A DNA stretch of 64,000 nt. It comes from Amoebophrya sp. A120. Its lineage: Eukaryota; Protista; Dinoflagellata. Within the stretch, counting starts at the first letter, position 1; every line of letters begins with the position of its first letter. The notes under the pieces are model-generated. The model was not told the DNA's origin, made no database searches, and saw nothing but the letters and a program-made list of their open reading frames with translations. The translations under genes and the position numbers were made by a program. The stretch spans positions 581,309-645,308 of the forward strand of contig CAJINV010000015.1 of the NCBI GenBank assembly GCA_905178155.1, in the 5' to 3' direction. Of this stretch, positions 58,142 to 64,000 are shown piece by piece.

Positions 58142-58575
58142 GATGATCTTCAGTGTTCACGTTTTGTCAGCAGCAGCACCGCCAACTTCAACACTCATCA
58201 TTCATGCATAGAGAGCATCACTATCACAGCACCAGAAAAATCCATCAAAAATTATACCTTCGTCGTTTAGTCCTTTCCTCGACAAATCTATTGAAACACA
58301 ACTTGTGTTCTTCTCCAAGGCTTGTGCTAGCAATCGCAATCGGACGCTCCCCAGCTCGATACCTTGATGATTTTTGTCGGTTTTGGTTTGATGCAGGTTT
58401 CACGCATAATAAAAGAAACAAACTCAACTTTAGTACAACTGTACCCAGGGCTCATCGAGGGGGAAATCTAAATATTACATTGCAAGTCACACGGAATTAT
58501 ATCGCGTCTCAGCTAATTCTAAGTTTACCTGCACAGCTGACATTTTCCACACTTGTATTCGCCACTAAGTGCCCC

Positions 58576-59536
58576 ATTAGCTGATCCAGACCACCCTCCA
58601 TTTTTGCCCGCTGCTCCTCTTCTTCCCTCTTTCTCCTCTCCTCTTCCTTCCGTCTTCTCTCCTGTTCTGCCTTGAGTTTTTTCGCCTCCTGCTCCTTGAG
58701 CCGCCTCTGTGCCTCCTCCTGCTCTTTGCGTTTTTTCTCATCCCCTATGCATTGCAAATGTGTCTGGGTTGGAAGGATGCTGCAAGGTCTGTCATGCTTG
58801 TCTGGCATGACTGAAGAGTTTGTGATGCGTGTCCACGAAGAGACCCTTTTACTCGTCACCACGCAAAAACGCAGTTTGTCATGCGGAAAGCGCAACACTA
58901 ATCAGCGCAGATATTTCTCAACATGCTTGGCTGTGCATTACAGAGCATCAGCATTCACTATTCGTCCCAACCCAACATTACAAGTTTCCAGACCCTCCAG
59001 ACATGTTTGCAGTTGATATCCTCGGCCTCTTGTCTTCTTCGCTTGATCAAATCTATCTTTTTCTGCTTCAAGTCCGCGGAGCGTTGCGTGTTCGGGAGCG
59101 CAGAAGTTGCAGGCTTGAAGACGAGATCTGAAAGAGGATTTTAATGTAGTTTAATATCTGCATTGCATCAACTGAAAACCAAAGCGTGTCAATTACTGCG
59201 CATCAGTATAAATATGCATCATGACAAGAAGTTCAAGCATGTTGCAATCAGTACTTCCTTTCACTGTATCATCTTCTCCAAATTGCATCAACTGGTCCTC
59301 TATCGACTGCAAAAATATCGTACTAGAAGTCGGAATTGCAAATATTAACGTGCGTCACTGTGACTTCCATTTGCTTCCCAATGTAAACCAGCATTACAAG
59401 AAACTCCACAATTCAAGCTGAGCGAGCAATTTGTACATGCAATTACCACTAGTACGATTCTTTTGCACTGGATAGCCTCCGTCATCGAGGCTATGAGAGC
59501 ATTTGTCTCAGCCTCGATTTGTGCTTGCGTCGCCAT
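58576..59536 (-). CDS. Putative small coiled-coil (E/K/R-rich) protein, multi-exon
   Basis: MATQAQIEAETNALIASMTEA...; EKKRKEQEEAQRRLKEQEAKK...; pieces separated by introners C and B. Confidence 0.5.
58746..59018. mobile_element. Introner family B (diverged)
   Basis: tatgcattgcaaatgtgtctgg / ccagacatgtttgcagttgata; DR tcccc/tcctc. Confidence 0.82.
59301..59474. mobile_element. Introner family C (diverged)
   Basis: tatcgactgcaaaaatatcgtactag / ctagtacgattcttttgcactggata; DR tcctc/gcctc. Confidence 0.85.
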
Positions 59537-61617
59537 CTTCGCTGTGTGTTGTGGGGTAGTAGACCACGTGGGGATATTACTACAACACAGTAGAGCAAGC
59601 GGGTGCTTGTACTTGCTTTATTCTCCTCGCTGTCCTTCTACACAACGGAGATGTTGTTCTTCTTTCCGCTGGCTTACCTTCGACCTGCTACGTACTCGTC
59701 TGCAACGACGCGGCTTGCTACTTAAAAATTCTTCAGCAAGTCCGCGAAGTAGTAGTGCACTTCTTTGTTCCGCTACTTACAAGAATTATCGTGAAAATCT
59801 GTTTCTTGATGCGACTACTTGTAACAACGGCCACGGCGACTTCGACAGATTTAGGAGAAATCGACGTGCCATCGGTGCTGGTTGTTCGAACGCCGGGTCT
59901 TCGTGGTTGTTTTTCCTACTTCTCCTTTCACGTGGAACAACCTGGCCGTGCTTGTTCTCGTTTTAATCTACTCGGACCTCCCAGTCCCAGTGCTCGACGC
60001 CTCTGCACTCGGTCTCGGTGGAGGTTACTGCAAGAAACTACCGCGGTGACGGATTTCTACAGTGTAGTACTGGAAACGTCGCAGCGCCGGTCGGTGGATC
60101 TTAAGAAATCAATGGATGTCTACAGCCAGCACTATGGCTGCAAGAACTGGGCGTCTCTGTCGTCGTGTAGTTGTGACTGCCGTAATGTGCTGGTAGGACG
60201 AAGTAGGAGTGGTTCGCGGGAATGATAGAAGCAGACGACAAGAACGTGCGCCAGAATCTCGAAGAGACCAGAGCCCAGCGGAGATGATGCTGCAAATTGC
60301 AAGTCTGCTGCTCCGCGACGTCAAGGGTGCGCCACACACCTTTGTCTCTCGCTGTTGTTTTTCGGTGGTCCTACAGGTCGATAAATTACCGCCCGGTTAG
60401 AAGTTTTGTCGTCTTTTCACGAGCCGAATGCAGGAGTCCTGCGCCTCTGAAGACGCTCGATGTTGAAGGAAGTAAGAGCGGTAGCCGTAGATCTTTACAC
60501 CGCGTACTAGGACCTCCTGTGGTGATGTTTTTCTGTCGGTGGTTGAGCAGGCGGTCCACTCCACCAGTCGATTTCTGCGTGGCGATGAGACGAAGTAGGC
60601 GGACTTATTTGCGAGACTGGCGCAGCTCGTTGTCGTGTACGCCGTGTACAGAGTGTGCCTACAAGAGCGTCGTACCTGCAAGCGAGTCGGTTTCTCGCTT
60701 CGGCTTACGCCGGCATTTTTGTTTCAATCTTTTTGTTGCGTCTCCTGCTATATAGTGGCTATGTATTCTTCTAGTTAGAGTTACTGTTGTAGTTGTACTC
60801 GTTGCGCACTTATCATTTTTGTTGTGAGTTGATATGTGGCGACTCACCATTTAGAGCTTTCGTCAAAAATGTTTCGAAAAAGCCATGCTCAACAACTCGA
60901 GAAATTCGTTGCGCATGTGCATGGTCCTCCACCACGACAACAACTCTCAATGTTTTGCGTAAGCCACTCCTTTCCTGCCGATTCCGCCTCTCCAACCATA
61001 CTTCACCCCTAAAAATTTCACCTCGGCCGCAGCTTCTGCAAGTCGCAAGAACGTCGAGAGTACCTCTATCAGTCAATACGATACAACACTTGCGAGCGCG
61101 ATGAATCATAATTCAAGCAGCGGTCTTGCTCTCACTCATCTTCTGCTCTTCCTTTACGTCTTTTTCCAGGGCGATTGTTGTACGTCGATCCCGAGAAAAG
61201 CACGCACGATAATTGCGAGCTGCAACTTCAACGAGCTGACTTATGCGCCAGTACCCCTAACAAAAGTCCGCGGCTCCAGGATAGCAACATAGGGACTACT
61301 CTTACATCCGCCTCGGTCGTATTTCTTTTTCAAGTTCAGGTACAAGGGTGTTCGATCGATTTTTGCAAAAAGTGGTGCTTTCTGCGTAGTAACAAGCGTA
61401 TTCAAAAACAAGCACGAGCTGCGGAGTTCTTGCAGAGCACGATGAGTGGGAAGGAATACAGTGTGACTTTTTATGTAATATTCTGGGACTTTGAGTTTGA
61501 CTTTGAATATATCTTCGAGTTGTTTGAGTTTGATCACATGATCACGTATAGTAACTGCTAGCTAATCTAGTGTCTGATTGTTTTTGTTTTCGAGACGTCT
61601 TTTCACGACAACCACCC

Positions 61618-62772
61618 TTATCTCAGCAGCGCTCCCGAAACCGGTACAAAATCGTAGTAGATGATGCACTATCCTGTGCAAAAGTATCGTACTCGTAGCA
61701 ATCGCAATTATGCATCCCAAATCTTTATTTTCCTAAGGTAAATCCGCAATACAAATTTAATTTCTCATGCTGAGGAAACTTGTATATGCTTATGCATTTA
61801 TACGAGTACGAGTACGACAGTTTTGCAATTCATATGCACTCACCCCCCGTTACGCCGCATTCCTCGAGACTTGCGTCTGCCGAGACGATTTCTGGTTTTT
61901 GTGTCATGTTGGGGATTTTGCATCACAAGAACCATTTTTACCAATACCATTGCAAAATGGTTTTCATGCATAAAAAGCAACAAGGGAGGGACCGAGGCAC
62001 AACATATACCACTGTACTACCTTCTGGATGAAATCGATTCACACAAATCGACAGCTTGTCGATTGACCCACCGTGTCTGTGGATAATTAAGTCCTCGATG
62101 TAACTTATTTTCGTTGTTGGCTTCACCTTTATTGTAAACTCCAGCAGCGTGCAAACTGGGGCGGCCTGATAGGATGTGTTTTTCCACCGTGATATGATCG
62201 TCAAGAAGAGGCAGAAGCAGATCGGGGTTATTTCCCAAATCAATTCAGGGATAGCATGACAACTACGAGTTTGCTCTGCATAGAGGAGAAACAAATTAGT
62301 ACGCATGAGAGGTGGATCAAACACAACAACAAATACGAGTTTTATCGTTGCTTGGACTTCCCGGTTGTCTATTATGGGTGTGTCAGGATTGAGATCGGCA
62401 GACTGTTGAAATAGTTTGTCATGCATAAAACCGATACCAGTTAGTAGGAGGCCCAGTTATCAAGCGGCGCATGACAAATTTTCCGAGCACCGGAATCCAA
62501 TTTGTCATGCTGTTTGGGCACAGAAGACTGCTTTTGTCATGCTACTTTAGCAGCTCTAGTTCAAGCCCTACACAGGCTCACAATCGGCCTCACTTGCCAT
62601 TCCGGCAAGACAGGCACTTCATCCCTGGCATTTTATGCATGACAAATCATTTCAACTTTGTCGATGTCAAACCTGACGCTTCCATATCTATTCTTGATGG
62701 CGTTATTACTGGGTGGTCGTACTTGGCAGCCTCCTCTACCTTCTCCTTTGCCTTCTTCGATTTTTTACCCAT
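61618..62772 (-). CDS. Small multi-exon protein, possibly a ubiquitin-like fold, unknown function
   Basis: MGKKSKKAKEK...TPSRI-DNREVQATIKL...FTIKVKPTTKISYIEDLIIHRHGGSI...SLEECGVTGGE-CIIYYDFVPVSGALLR*; joins through introners A and C. Confidence 0.55.
61670..61834. mobile_element. Introner family C
   Basis: Family C TIRs; DR tgcac. Confidence 0.9.
62373..62686. mobile_element. Introner family A
   Basis: tatgggtgtgtcaggattga / tcaaacctgacgcttccata; DR tctat. Confidence 0.92.
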
Positions 62773-64000
62773 CTTGCAGCTTGTGGTGTTTTTTGCTGTC
62801 TACTTACTTCTAGCGTAGTAAGTTGTGCCAGACTTCGTGTTGTAGTGGTGGCCCCTAAGAAAAGAGTGGAGAAACAGTATCGAACGCATTATCCCACGAC
62901 TCCGACTACGACCTTTTCTATATTAATGTGCGAGGCGACAATAACGATTTTGTCGACGAAAAATCTGAAACTTAAACGAATTTCTCTTCCATCTCATCTC
63001 GCACGACGGACCATCATGCTACCTCTCGACGCACTCAATCTCGTCGCAAATCTCGCGTACCTTCTAGCGCTCTCCGGTAGTTGTGATTCGAATCGCGGTG
63101 ATGCCGATGAATATGGTCACATCAATGTTGCGACGAGTGCGTGTTACCGCTACCTTTGATATTCTGCGACTACAAATTAGCACCGGGTGGAGCAACGAAG
63201 CGACGAGAGCATCAACAAACACACCAAGGGTAGTAGACCAGCACGACTGCCTCGCGGAAGCCGCGGCATTGCCCTTGCGTGTCGTCGCATTTCAAATAGT
63301 ACAGTTTGGACATTTATTCCAGTTTATTATTTTGCTCAGTAAAGGTCATTTGCTCTGTAAAAGTTCTAACCCGTAGTTGGAAGAGTAGTTCGTTGAGTGA
63401 AATTCTGTTACTCTGAAGTCGTCTGCTAAATTGCTAAATCTTTCCTGCTATTAAACCTGGTTTGTTACTCGAAATATTTCCTGCTACTCTGCTGCTGGTG
63501 CTGCAGCTAAAACGTTGTCTGATTTACTTTCCAAAAGTTGTTGTTCCCTCGTCTGCTAGAAGACGAGTCTGCTATAAGCTGTTTCTGATACTGTTAATCT
63601 AAGATATCTGTGAGGTGACTGATTCGGGTAATAAAGTTGTCTGTCACATAGGAGAAGTGTCTGATTTCTCTCTCTCGATAAAGAATCTGATACTGGTTAA
63701 GAACAAAACTGCTGATAAGTCTGTAAAGTGTAAGCTATTCTGAAAATAAGGTAATCTGTGCTCTCACGCGGCGAATGTGTAGTAAACTGGTTTCTGGCAT
63801 GATGTCTGGTGACCACGCCATTCTGATTCTATCCACAAACCACAAAACGTTTTTCTAGTTATAACTGTGTCACATAATTCAACACGCTAAGATTAAAGTT
63901 TAGAATTGTTGTTTTTGTTTCTCTGCCTGTGCATCGGACGATGTGTCTCTGTCTGAAGATTTTTTCGGCGTCTAAATCTGATTAATCACGCATACTGTTC

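Noticed and set aside
59600-61560. Multiple short ORFs in both directions
   Set aside because: No motifs or consistent frame; treated as intergenic or UTR sequence.

Overview
Eukaryotic genomic DNA. Host genes are intron-rich and all lie on the minus strand. They are interrupted by about 42 short non-GT-AG 'introner'-type inserts, each with TAT...ATA terminal inverted repeats and 5-bp direct repeats. This architecture matches that described for the parasitic dinoflagellate Amoebophrya (inferred, not proven). Host genes: aspartate aminotransferase, an SH3-containing gene, a small Cys-rich protein, a FEX/Fluc-type fluoride exporter, a ~35-kb MON2-like gene, a RAD51/RecA-family paralogue, an RNI-like LRR protein and small unknowns. 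The standout is a 13,046-bp element (34056-47101) inserted in a MON2 exon, with 60-bp TIRs and an 8-bp TSD. It encodes a hAT-family DDE transposase and also a catalytically complete tyrosine recombinase. Its ~12.4-kb core is bracketed by two perfect 81-bp inverted repeats, each containing a loxP-like 13-8-13 palindrome, making it a candidate transposon with an internal site-specific inversion switch. Removing it plus one TSD restores the MON2 frame, as for the small introners, so it may also be a giant intron. Introners additionally host nested elements: another introner, a Helitron-like element and a satellite-bearing no-TSD element in two copies.
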